Shown: piece after piece, positions 9,865 to 18,084 of the stretch
How positions within the stretch are numbered: the first letter of the stretch is position 1
Layout: the number at the start of each line of letters is the position of its first letter
DNA from: an uncultured Poribacteria bacterium
GTDB taxonomy: Bacteria > Poribacteria > WGA-4E > WGA-3G
DNA: 64,000 nucleotides
NCBI GenBank assembly: GCA_958296135.2
Contig: CATQHZ020000001.1
Span: forward strand, 3,040,001-3,104,000
Reading direction: 5' to 3'
Program-made: the position numbers and the translations under genes
The notes under the pieces: generated by a model
The model's database searches: none
What the model saw: the letters and a program-made list of their open reading frames with translations, nothing else
Told to the model about the DNA's origin: nothing

Positions 9865-11271
9865 ATGGGAGCCGAGACCCCTTACAGCATTTTCAATACG
9901 CGCCCGCTTGCCCAGGTCTATCGCGAAATCCAAGAGGTCTATCTTGAAAACGCGCGTCCCTGGGTCATCGGCTACAGCGGCGGGAAAGACTCAACGACAG
10001 CACTCCAACTCGTTTGGTATGCTCTCGCGGAACTGCCGCCCGAAAAACGGAAGTATCCGGTCTACGTCATTTCATCCGATACCCTCGTCGAAACACCGGT
10101 GATTGTCAGTTACATTACCGGCACGCTGGCGCGAATTGAAACGCACGCGCGCGAACAACAGATGCCTTTTCAGACCGAACTCGTTCGGCCGAAAACCGAA
10201 GACACCTTTTGGGTGAACCTCATCGGGAAGGGTTACCCCGCGCCCTATTCACGCTTTCGGTGGTGCACCGACCGGCTCAAGATCCAGCCGGCGAATCGGT
10301 TCATTTTGGACAAAGCCTCGGTGCACGGCGAGGTTATCCTCGTGCTCGGTTCGCGCAAAGGGGAGAGTGCCACCCGCGACCAGGTGTTGAGTCTGCATCG
10401 TCTCAAAGATTCGTTGCTATCAAGGCATACCACGCTGCCGAATGCCTACGTCTATACGCCGATTGTCGATTTTGGATTGAACGATGTGTGGATGTATCTG
10501 CTTAGCAATCCGCCGCCGTGGGGCGGCAATAACAAGCAGCTCGTCACGCTCTACCGAAACGCCAACGCGCAAGGCGAATGTCCGCTCGTCGTTGACGAAA
10601 CCACGCCTTCGTGCGGAAACAGCCGCTTTGGATGCTGGACCTGCACGGTTGTCTCGAAAGACCGGTCTATGGAAGGACTCATTGACAACGGCGAAGAGTG
10701 GATGTTGCCGCTGCTGGAATTCCGGGACTTCCTCGCCGAAACGCAAGACCCGGAACGGAAGGCAGATATTCGGGAGCATAGACGGCGGAATGGAAAGATA
10801 ACGTTCGTGGGAGAGAAACTGATTCGGGGCCCCTATACGCTGGAATTCTGTAAGGCACTGTTGCGGCGGCTTCTTGAAACCCAGCAGCAGGTCCGCGAAG
10901 AAGGACCGGATCCGAACCTCCAACTCATCACGGATGCTGAATTGGAAGAGATTCGTAATATCTGGCGGACTGAACGTTCGGATTGGGAAGATGCCGTACC
11001 GCAGATTTACAAGGAAGTTGTCGGTGAGCACGAGTGGATTGTTGACAACACAACCGCTTTTAACGGCGACGATAAACTGTTGTTGTCCAAAATCTGTGAC
11101 GCAAACGGTATTCCCGTTGAACTCGTAGCAAAACTACTTGATACCGAACGACAGATGGATGGCATGAGCCGTCGCGCGGGAATCCAGTCCCGGATTGATG
11201 CAATCTTTCACGAGGACTGGGATTCAGAGGAAGAAGCTCGCGCCCGTCTAACTAGAAGTAATCAATTATGA
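9865..11271 (+). CDS. dndC: DNA phosphorothioation sulfurtransferase DndC (PAPS-reductase fold, Fe-S)
   Basis: PWVIGYSGGKDST, SDTLVETP, FWVNLIGKGYPAP, RWCTDRLKIQP, GECPLVVD..SCGNSRFGCWTCTVV. Confidence 0.96.
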   Translation: MGAETPYSIFNTRPLAQVYREIQEVYLENARPWVIGYSGGKDSTTALQLVWYALAELPPEKRKYPVYVISSDTLVETPVIVSYITGTLARIETHAREQQMPFQTELVRPKTEDTFWVNLIGKGYPAPYSRFRWCTDRLKIQPANRFILDKASVHGEVILVLGSRKGESATRDQVLSLHRLKDSLLSRHTTLPNAYVYTPIVDFGLNDVWMYLLSNPPPWGGNNKQLVTLYRNANAQGECPLVVDETTPSCGNSRFGCWTCTVVSKDRSMEGLIDNGEEWMLPLLEFRDFLAETQDPERKADIREHRRRNGKITFVGEKLIRGPYTLEFCKALLRRLLETQQQVREEGPDPNLQLITDAELEEIRNIWRTERSDWEDAVPQIYKEVVGEHEWIVDNTTAFNGDDKLLLSKICDANGIPVELVAKLLDTERQMDGMSRRAGIQSRIDAIFHEDWDSEEEARARLTRSNQL

Positions 11272-13271
11272 TTATCCATACCCTCACCGTTAACAACTTT
11301 GGTTTGTTCCGTGGAGAGCATACTCTTCCGTTAACACCGAACGGTACGGAGTCCGTCATCCTTATCGGTGGAATGAACGGTGCTGGCAAAACGACGCTGC
11401 TGGAGGCGGTTCGTCTTTGTCTGTACGGCAAGCGTGCCCTCGGGAATCGGGTTAGCCTCAATGAATATCATGAGTACCTCTCTAAAATGATTCATCGAGA
11501 TTCTCGTTTCGCGGGGAGTTTAAATTACGCTTCTGTGTCACTTGAATTTGAGTATGCCTACGGAGCAGAAAAAAGAGAGTACCGGGTCAAACGTTTTTGG
11601 CAACAGTGCGGCAAAGCAGTTGACGAGGTTTTGACTGTCTCTGAACCTCATCAGTCAAGCAACCATTTTGAGACAGAACATTGGCAGGACTACCTCAATG
11701 GACTCCTCCCAATTGGAGTATCCCAGTTCTTTTTTTTTGATGGCGAGGATATCCAGAAATTGGCGGACGACTCCAGTCACGACGTATTCCTTGCGGATTC
11801 GATTAAGGCGTTGCTCGGGCTAAATCTCGTTGAGCGGCTGCAATCGGATTTGCGAATCTACTCAAACCGGTTGGTTAAGCGAGGAAGTCCGGTCTCGGTG
11901 CAAGAAGAAATTGGGGCGGTGGAGTCAGTAGTCACCTCTCTTGAAGTGTCTCTTTCAAATGTGACTGCAGAAAAGGAATCTCTACAGTCGCAGATTGAGG
12001 AGTTATCAGCAGCAATTACCCAACAAGAAGAGCGGATTGCAGCCGAAGGCGGAAGTTACGCCCAAAGTCGCGAAAACCTGAAACTTCAGCGAGAGCAACT
12101 GCAGAACGAGATTGAGGAATTAGAAGACGAGATTCGCGTATTTTGTGACGAATTGTTTCCGTTCGCTTTAGCACCGGGACTTCTCGAGGAATTGGCGGAA
12201 CGGCTTCTTAAAGAGATGGAGTTGGATAAGTGGGAAGCGACAAACAACGCGTTAACTGAGCATAACACTGCGGTGCTTGAAACGCTGGGATCGGGCAATT
12301 TTTGGGAAGGGGTTTCCCTATCGGGGGAACAAATCGCGGATATTCGCGCCAAACTTGCTCCGCTGCTCAAGACACAATTTGAGCGTCCCGAATCGTTGCG
12401 CGGTTTCACAAAACTCAGGGACCGGTCTCCATCGGAACGGCAGCAACTGTTAAAATGGATTGATGCCTGTCTCAATGAAGTTCCGCGGCAAGCGAAGAAG
12501 TTGTTCAATGCACTGGAAAAAGCACAAACCGAACTACAGCAGGTGGAACAGGCTCTTCAGAGAGTGCCATCCGACGAAGTTTTGAAGCCGCTAATCGAAA
12601 AACACTCGGAGTTGAATCAAACGCTGGGGCAACTGCAAAAGCAGGAGCAAGATACAGAAAAATTCGTGCTCTCCTTGACACGTCAATTGGCAGAAACAGA
12701 GCGCAGATTAGAAAGGTTGCGTCAAGCCAAACGGTTGGACGAAGCGCACCGCGAACGCCAAAAACGGGTGAGCGATGTGCAATCGGTGCTCTCTAAGTAC
12801 ACGACAAAACTCACCGGGACAAAAATTTTGACTTTGGGAAACACTATTGTAGAGGGTTTTAACCAACTCTCTCACAAGCGGAATAGAATCAAACGGGTTG
12901 AGATACATCCGCGGACGTTTGCGGTAACGCTCTATGATACCTACAATCGTCCTGTGGCCAAGGAAGAATTATCAGCGGGTGAAAAGCAGATTTACACAAC
13001 CGCGCTCTTATGGGGGTTGGCGAAGACCTCGGGCAAGGTATTGCCGATGATTCTTGACACGCCTCTAGGACGTTTAGATAGTGACCATCGCCGTCTGCTG
13101 ATTGAGCGGTATTTTCCGTATGTCAGTCATCAAGTGGTTTTGCTTTCAACGGATACGGAAGTTGACGAGCATCTCTACGAGCTGCTGACCCCTCACATTT
13201 CGCATGCGTTCCGGTTGGTGTATCAGCATACAGAAGTTCACACCACTATTGAGAATGGCTATTTCGGATAA
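11268..13271 (+). CDS. dndD: DNA sulfur modification SMC-like ATPase DndD
   Basis: Walker A GMNGAGKTT, FFFFDGE, long coiled coil, LSAGEKQ signature, DTPLGRLDSDHR, SHQVVLLSTDTE; overlaps dndC stop. Confidence 0.95.
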   Translation: MIIHTLTVNNFGLFRGEHTLPLTPNGTESVILIGGMNGAGKTTLLEAVRLCLYGKRALGNRVSLNEYHEYLSKMIHRDSRFAGSLNYASVSLEFEYAYGAEKREYRVKRFWQQCGKAVDEVLTVSEPHQSSNHFETEHWQDYLNGLLPIGVSQFFFFDGEDIQKLADDSSHDVFLADSIKALLGLNLVERLQSDLRIYSNRLVKRGSPVSVQEEIGAVESVVTSLEVSLSNVTAEKESLQSQIEELSAAITQQEERIAAEGGSYAQSRENLKLQREQLQNEIEELEDEIRVFCDELFPFALAPGLLEELAERLLKEMELDKWEATNNALTEHNTAVLETLGSGNFWEGVSLSGEQIADIRAKLAPLLKTQFERPESLRGFTKLRDRSPSERQQLLKWIDACLNEVPRQAKKLFNALEKAQTELQQVEQALQRVPSDEVLKPLIEKHSELNQTLGQLQKQEQDTEKFVLSLTRQLAETERRLERLRQAKRLDEAHRERQKRVSDVQSVLSKYTTKLTGTKILTLGNTIVEGFNQLSHKRNRIKRVEIHPRTFAVTLYDTYNRPVAKEELSAGEKQIYTTALLWGLAKTSGKVLPMILDTPLGRLDSDHRRLLIERYFPYVSHQVVLLSTDTEVDEHLYELLTPHISHAFRLVYQHTEVHTTIENGYFG

Positions 13272-13276
13272 GCATT

Positions 13277-13684
13277 ATGCAATTCAACCGAATTCGCCTT
13301 TCTGAGGATTCCCGCATCAAGTTGGGAATTTTAAAGACGCGCACGGGTTTGCTACCCAACGTTCTCTGTCGAATTGGGTTGATGCTTTCGTTAACAAACC
13401 CGAGCGAACCAGAACTTGATGCTGATGCAACGGATGGTTCCGAGTTTAACCGCTACACGCTTACGGGTGAGTGGGATCCACTGATTGTAGCACTCTTGGA
13501 GGAAAGGGTTCTCTCCAAAAGGCTTTGTGCGGACAATCAAGAATTTGGCGCGGATAGGGAAGAGTTTGACAATGAAAAACTTGTTAAATACTTTCGAGCG
13601 CACCTGAATCACGGAGTGCGTATGCTTCACGGCCGCGTGAGGGGATTGGAGGATTTAGCGAACCTCCTAATGCCTGTGCCTTAA
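13277..13684 (+). CDS. dndE: DNA sulfur modification protein DndE
   Basis: RIRLS..LKTRTGLLPNVLCRIGLMLSL, EFNRYTLTGEWD, FRAHLNHG; position after dndD. Confidence 0.92.
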   Translation: MQFNRIRLSEDSRIKLGILKTRTGLLPNVLCRIGLMLSLTNPSEPELDADATDGSEFNRYTLTGEWDPLIVALLEERVLSKRLCADNQEFGADREEFDNEKLVKYFRAHLNHGVRMLHGRVRGLEDLANLLMPVP

Positions 13685-13784
13685 TATTTCGTCAAACGAG
13701 TCCGGTAGGCGCGCTTCGTAAGCATGCTCCCTTGGATTGACGCGCGCTTACAAAGTGGATCTACTAGTATTAAGTCTCTCTAAC

Positions 13785-14810
13785 CTATTTCCCCCATTCC
13801 CGCTCGTACTGACTCGTTGAAGGCCGAGCCTCAATTCCCAATTCTCGTTTCAATGCAAGGGCAAGGTCTACACCATGCCCACCCCGGCTGTTATCCGTGA
13901 TAACCTTCTTGGCTCCAGTAGCACGTACATATTCAAGAGTCCCTATATAGTCAGCATGGTCTGAAAGTGATACGCAAAATGCCTTCTCTGAATATTCTAC
14001 GACTGGATCCCCGAAGCGGCTCATGTATGCACTCAACACGATTCTGGAAGTAGCTTCACCCTTGTCAGTTGGGAACCTCTCTCTGGTTCCATAAAGACGA
14101 ATGTACCTTCCTTCGCTGCAAGCGAGTTTTGCTTCTGCTGTCTCAGCATTAAGGACCTTTGTTAGGCTATATCCATGCTGCTGATACACTCTTAATTCAT
14201 CACAGAGCCGTGCGCTTGCAATGATCGGGAATTTGACTGCATCATCTAGACAAGAAGCTGCTCTTTGTAGGGTACCGCGGTGAGATAAAATTAGAACCGG
14301 GCCAACTTTTATCCGCTCAACAACTAACTCTATAAAGCGGCCATTTGCCTCTTCTTGGGTGAATTTTCGGACTGATTCAGGAGATCCGTAGGTGCTATCC
14401 AATACGAGTTCCTCAACCTCTATAACCTCGCCGAGAGGCCAAGCGAAATCCCCTGAGTATCCGCACCTTCCTCCATCAGGTAACGTTACTTCAACCTGCA
14501 CAGAACCTAGCATGTGTCCGTTATCCAGCAACCGGATCTGACATTCAGCTAGATGAATAGGATGCCCTAATGAAACAGCCTTGACGTTAGCGCGATACGG
14601 GATGTCTGCATTGTATTCAGCTATCAACAGGTCGCGAGTGGGCTGAGTCATAATAATATGCTTCTGATGCCCTTTGCTCCTATCAAAGCCATCCATGTGA
14701 TCTTCATGGACATGGGTTTGTACGCGAATCGGATATTCGTGAACGAAACCGTCACAAGTTACCACATCACCTAGTGTAACCGCACCCGATCCAGAAATGT
14801 CAATCCTCAT
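13785..14810 (-). CDS. Metallo-beta-lactamase / beta-CASP family nuclease
   Basis: THVHEDH (HxHxDH), GHMLGS, YSGDF, LVLDSTYG, SDHADY: the motif set of SNM1/Artemis-like and ligase-associated MBL exonucleases. Confidence 0.85.
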   Translation of the reverse strand: MRIDISGSGAVTLGDVVTCDGFVHEYPIRVQTHVHEDHMDGFDRSKGHQKHIIMTQPTRDLLIAEYNADIPYRANVKAVSLGHPIHLAECQIRLLDNGHMLGSVQVEVTLPDGGRCGYSGDFAWPLGEVIEVEELVLDSTYGSPESVRKFTQEEANGRFIELVVERIKVGPVLILSHRGTLQRAASCLDDAVKFPIIASARLCDELRVYQQHGYSLTKVLNAETAEAKLACSEGRYIRLYGTRERFPTDKGEATSRIVLSAYMSRFGDPVVEYSEKAFCVSLSDHADYIGTLEYVRATGAKKVITDNSRGGHGVDLALALKRELGIEARPSTSQYEREWGK

Positions 14811-14815
14811 ACAAC

Positions 14816-15526
14816 CTAATCCTTGCTAGTTAATTCTCGTGTTAGATATTCCGTGATTGCTTGTTCAAAGCCCTCAGGAAGTGACATAATCGCGGCATGA
14901 AGCCGATCGTCTCCAATTAGAAGAAAATATCCATCACCAAGTTTGGATCCCAATCGCGGAATATTAGGACTGTATCGATCTAGTGCAGATTGCAGAAGAT
15001 TATCACGTTCTAGTTGTGAAATCTGCCTGAGACTATCTTTCAACCTTTCAGATTGGAGACTTCCGACAATCACATGCCTTCTCTCAATGACTGGACGTTG
15101 ATTCAAGACAGCCTTCATGCACTCTTTGATGGAGTTTCCCGAGCGCTGCCGGATTTGAACAACCTGCATGATCTCGGATTTGCTAAACCGATTCTCCAAC
15201 GCGGCTGTTGCTAATGCAAGTTGCTCTTGCTCGTCCTCAAGTCGGGCAATCTCAGAACCGGCAGTAAAGGACAAGGTTGCCGGATCAGACCCCCATCCGA
15301 TGAGTTGTTGCACGTCAGGAGGTAGCCGGAGAAGGCGGATGAAACGCCCGATTATAGATGAATCCTCAAGGAGGAGCCGGGCAGCAATCTCCCGCCTTTT
15401 TTCACCTGCCTCTAATGCTTTGTCCATAAGTTTCGCGACTTCAACCGGCGAAAGCGGCCGCGCCGATTTATGCGTTCCTACGGAAAGAATAAGCTGACGT
15501 ACTTCGGACGACGACAACCCTCTCAC
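14816..15526 (-). CDS. ParB-like HTH/helical-domain protein lacking the N-terminal CTPase domain
   Basis: RPLSPVEVAK..GEKRREIAARL..IGRFIRLLRLPPDVQQLI..LSFTAGSEIARL..EQLALA aligns by eye with the central ParB/Spo0J HTH region; GTGA overlap with the upstream gene. Confidence 0.65.
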   Translation of the reverse strand: MRGLSSSEVRQLILSVGTHKSARPLSPVEVAKLMDKALEAGEKRREIAARLLLEDSSIIGRFIRLLRLPPDVQQLIGWGSDPATLSFTAGSEIARLEDEQEQLALATAALENRFSKSEIMQVVQIRQRSGNSIKECMKAVLNQRPVIERRHVIVGSLQSERLKDSLRQISQLERDNLLQSALDRYSPNIPRLGSKLGDGYFLLIGDDRLHAAIMSLPEGFEQAITEYLTRELTSKD

Positions 15527-16356
15527 ACTATACCTCTGTCAGGATCGTAGCCGCCGCTTGATAATCCGCTTTCAATCAGTTGGGCAGCTGCCTCGTCTAC
15601 GGTAGTGCCTTCGTCCTTCGCAAATTGCCCTAACGAGTTGCGAATTTGCTTTCCAAGGGTCACAGTAATTTGCGTAACCTTTTCGCCGCTTTTCGCTCGT
15701 TCTACAAGTTCATCCACAGAGGCATCGGAATCATCTCTTAGTTTCTTGCGGAGATTCTCTTGCTGCGCGCCGCTCATCTGTGACATTTCTTTGGCGAGTT
15801 TCACGGAATCTTGCGGGTCGGGATCGCCCTCGGTTGCCAGGGCATCCTGGGCACGAAGGGCAGCCTTCAAGGTGGCGTCTCCCTTTTCAACAACCCTTTT
15901 GAGTTCAGGAATTAGACGGTCATATTTGACATATTCGCGCACTTTTTCGTAGGGTAGTCCGGTTTCGTCCGCGACCTCTTTCATTGACGCGTAGTGCTTA
16001 TACAGGTATGTGCAAACGTCAATCAGGTCCTTCCGGTTTAGGTTGCGACGGACAAGGTTTTCGGTTACCGATAATACCTTCGCTTGGATTTCTTCCACGC
16101 GGTCGTCAAGGATACCGGCTTTAATCGTTTTTTTACCAAGTCTCTGGTGTGCCAAAAAACGCCTTTGGCCCAGTATAATTTCATACTTTTCACCAGATTC
16201 CAAAGGAGCGACCAGGATAGGTTCCAAGAGTCCTACTTTGGCAATGCTGTCTGCGATCTCATCAATCTCTTTCCCAACATCGCTTAAGCGGACTTGGCTC
16301 GTTCCGATTACTAGATCTTCCAAAGGAATATCTTTAAATTCGACAATATTTGCCAT
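15523..16356 (-). CDS. ParB/RepB/Spo0J-family protein (CTPase-fold, HTH, putative C-terminal ribbon-helix-helix)
   Basis: ATG at 16356 with GGAGG RBS; SQVR, IADSIAKVGLLEPILV, YEIILGQRRFLA (GxRR), ENLVRRNL; C-terminal QITVTLGKQIRNSLGQFAKDEGTTVDEAAAQLIESGL is RHH-like. Confidence 0.88.
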   Translation of the reverse strand: MANIVEFKDIPLEDLVIGTSQVRLSDVGKEIDEIADSIAKVGLLEPILVAPLESGEKYEIILGQRRFLAHQRLGKKTIKAGILDDRVEEIQAKVLSVTENLVRRNLNRKDLIDVCTYLYKHYASMKEVADETGLPYEKVREYVKYDRLIPELKRVVEKGDATLKAALRAQDALATEGDPDPQDSVKLAKEMSQMSGAQQENLRKKLRDDSDASVDELVERAKSGEKVTQITVTLGKQIRNSLGQFAKDEGTTVDEAAAQLIESGLSSGGYDPDRGIV

Positions 16357-16432
16357 CTTAGTTTCCTCCGCATTGAGACACAGTTGATACTCCACTAGGG
16401 GGTCTCGTTTATGTCCCCCAGATATTTTCGAT

Positions 16433-16476
16433 TGTTGACATAAAGACTGCAACACAGGAACTTTGTGATGTCAACA
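16433..16476. promoter_or_regulatory. Inverted repeat between RNA copy B and the parB-like start (operator, attenuator or processing hairpin)
   Basis: TGTTGACAT(16433-16441)...ATGTCAACA(16468-16476) with inner AAAG/CTTT pairing. Confidence 0.45.
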
Positions 16477-16498
16477 TCTTTGTAAATAAACTATTGTC

Positions 16499-16675
16499 GG
16501 AGTTGCAGTGCGGATTCGCGAGTCTCCGGCCCCACAAGTTGACTGCCTCCGCCTTTGAGTTCTCGGTGTTGACGCGACAGCAACGACGCGTCTTTGTGAA
16601 CGAAGCGCGACGCGCGCTCGGTTCTGTGCAGTCCGAGGGCCGCCTCTTCCGCTGCGACCGGCCCGGCGCAATTCC
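16499..16675 (-). ncRNA. Candidate structured ncRNA, tandem copy B
   Basis: Own promoter at 16684-16712. Ends pair (GGAATTGCG/TGCAACTCC); nested stems CGGCCCT/GGGGCCG, GACTGC/GCAGTC, GAAC-GAGCGCG/CGCGCTT-GTTC, GACGCG/CGCGTC. Confidence 0.65.
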
Positions 16676-16683
16676 TCTTAAAT

Positions 16684-16712
16684 AGCATACCACAAAACGC
16701 GAAAATTTGCAA
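16684..16712 (-). promoter_or_regulatory. sigma70-type promoter of RNA copy B
   Basis: Minus strand TTGCAA-17 nt-TATGCT with TGTGG extended -10. Confidence 0.7.
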
Positions 16713-16744
16713 ACAAAAAATATTAGAGAATTTTCTGTGGAGTC

Positions 16745-16911
16745 GGAGTTGCAGTGCGGATTCGCGAGTCTCCGGCCCCACAAGTTGACTGCCTCCGCCT
16801 TTGAGTTCTCGATGTTGACGCGACAGCAACGACGCGTCCTTGTGAACCATGGTTCTGCGCAGTCCGAAGGGCCGCCTTTCCCGCTGCGACCGGCACGAAC
16901 CCGCGCAATTC
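16745..16911 (-). ncRNA. Candidate structured ncRNA, tandem copy A
   Basis: Direct repeat of copy B at 246-bp period (106 nt with 2 mismatches). 11-bp stem GCGGGTTCGTG/CGCGAATCCGC; the variable hairpin is shortened to GAACCATGGTTC. Confidence 0.65.
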
Positions 16912-16920
16912 GTCGTGGAT

Positions 16921-16949
16921 AGAATACCACAGAAAACGAAATTTTGCAA
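16921..16949 (-). promoter_or_regulatory. sigma70-type promoter of RNA copy A
   Basis: Minus strand TTGCAA-17 nt-TATTCT with TGTGG extended -10. Confidence 0.7.
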
Positions 16950-17134
16950 ACAAAAAACGTTCGCGAAATTTTCGTGGATACGGTATCAACGCTTTCATTT
17001 TAGAAAAATGCCAATTTGTCTCAACCACTTTTTTGCGCAAAGCGATGCCTTAACATCGGTTTTTGAGGATTTCGGCACAAATTAACCAAACCTTCTCTCA
17101 ATTTTACCACATTTCCAAAAAAAACAAAATGTTC

Positions 17135-17163
17135 TTGACAAATTTATCAGAAAATAATAGAAT
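17135..17163 (+). promoter_or_regulatory. sigma70 promoter for the secreted paralog pair
   Basis: TTGACA-17 nt-TAGAAT. Confidence 0.65.
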
Positions 17164-17244
17164 ACCTAGATTGACACGCTGTTCGCGCCAAATGCGCGCA
17201 ACAGAAATTATGAATATCTCTAACCAACAGGAGGAATCTTGTTT

Positions 17245-18078
17245 ATGAGACTCTTTATTACCGTTGCTTGTGTGCTGTGTGCTGCAGCTATCATGCTTTG
17301 CGCACCCACAGCCGATGCAGCGAAGAAAATTGATGTCTTCGTTTACACGGAGACAGTGCAGTGGATCGGCCAAGCACAGGCACAAGACGCAGCCGACATC
17401 CTGATCAAGGAAATCGAAGGCAAACAGGGAATCGGCGAAGTTGTCAACGACCCGGCGAAAGCGATTGAAGCCTGGACGAAGAAACATACCGTCGACAAGG
17501 GCAATCACATCATTGTGATGTTCGGGGATTTCCCCAAGGAAATTTACCCGAATGGTAAAGGCGACATCAAGAAGGGCTCCGTCGCTGAGGAGTTCCTCGA
17601 TGCCGGCAATACCTACTCGAACAGTGCCGACTACTTTTTCTGGGGACAAGGAGGCCGGAATGAAAAGGAAGGACTCCAAAACATGATGGATATCCCCGCA
17701 ATCGTTCAGTGGGATGACGACACCCCGATGAAGGTGACGAAGGAAGGAAAGGCACTGACTCCGTCATTGGACGATTACAACACAGACCGGCCCTTCCACC
17801 TCAATGAGCTGGAAGGCGATTGGGAATTGGAAGTCGCCTTCGCTACCGAAACCGGCAAGGGGGATAACGCAACACGCTGCGATCCTTGTATCGTCCGGAA
17901 TACGAAGACGGATGCACGCCTTATCCAGGTCTACCAGACTAACAATCAGGCTGATCCGAAGGGTGAAGTCATCGCGGAGATCATCCTGAACTACTATCTT
18001 GAAGTCACGGGGGCCCTCGAGGTCGACCCGCAGGATAAACTGCCTACACGTTGGGCAGACATCAAAACTCGGAGGTAA
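17245..18078 (+). CDS. Secreted hypothetical protein with C-terminal VDPQDKLPTRWADIK tail
   Basis: AGGAGG RBS; signal peptide ending ADA; paralog of the next gene. Confidence 0.8.
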   Translation: MRLFITVACVLCAAAIMLCAPTADAAKKIDVFVYTETVQWIGQAQAQDAADILIKEIEGKQGIGEVVNDPAKAIEAWTKKHTVDKGNHIIVMFGDFPKEIYPNGKGDIKKGSVAEEFLDAGNTYSNSADYFFWGQGGRNEKEGLQNMMDIPAIVQWDDDTPMKVTKEGKALTPSLDDYNTDRPFHLNELEGDWELEVAFATETGKGDNATRCDPCIVRNTKTDARLIQVYQTNNQADPKGEVIAEIILNYYLEVTGALEVDPQDKLPTRWADIKTRR

Positions 18079-18084
18079 TAATTG

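Noticed and set aside
15523-16356. ParB as chromosomal/plasmid partition gene or as dndB
   Set aside because: No adjacent parA, rep or canonical parS seen; it lacks the DGQHR motif of DndB and lies on the opposite strand downstream of dndE.
16499-16911. Retron msr-msd, tRNA or group I intron interpretation of the tandem RNAs; GAAC/GTTC stem as a PT target motif
   Set aside because: No reverse transcriptase in the window, no cloverleaf or CCA end, too short for a full intron core; a 4-bp motif match is expected by chance.
16409-17085. Several overlapping ORFs (63-173 aa) across the 246-bp tandem repeat
   Set aside because: No RBS, Arg/Cys-rich low-information translations in several frames, and they run through promoter motifs; better explained as non-coding structured units.
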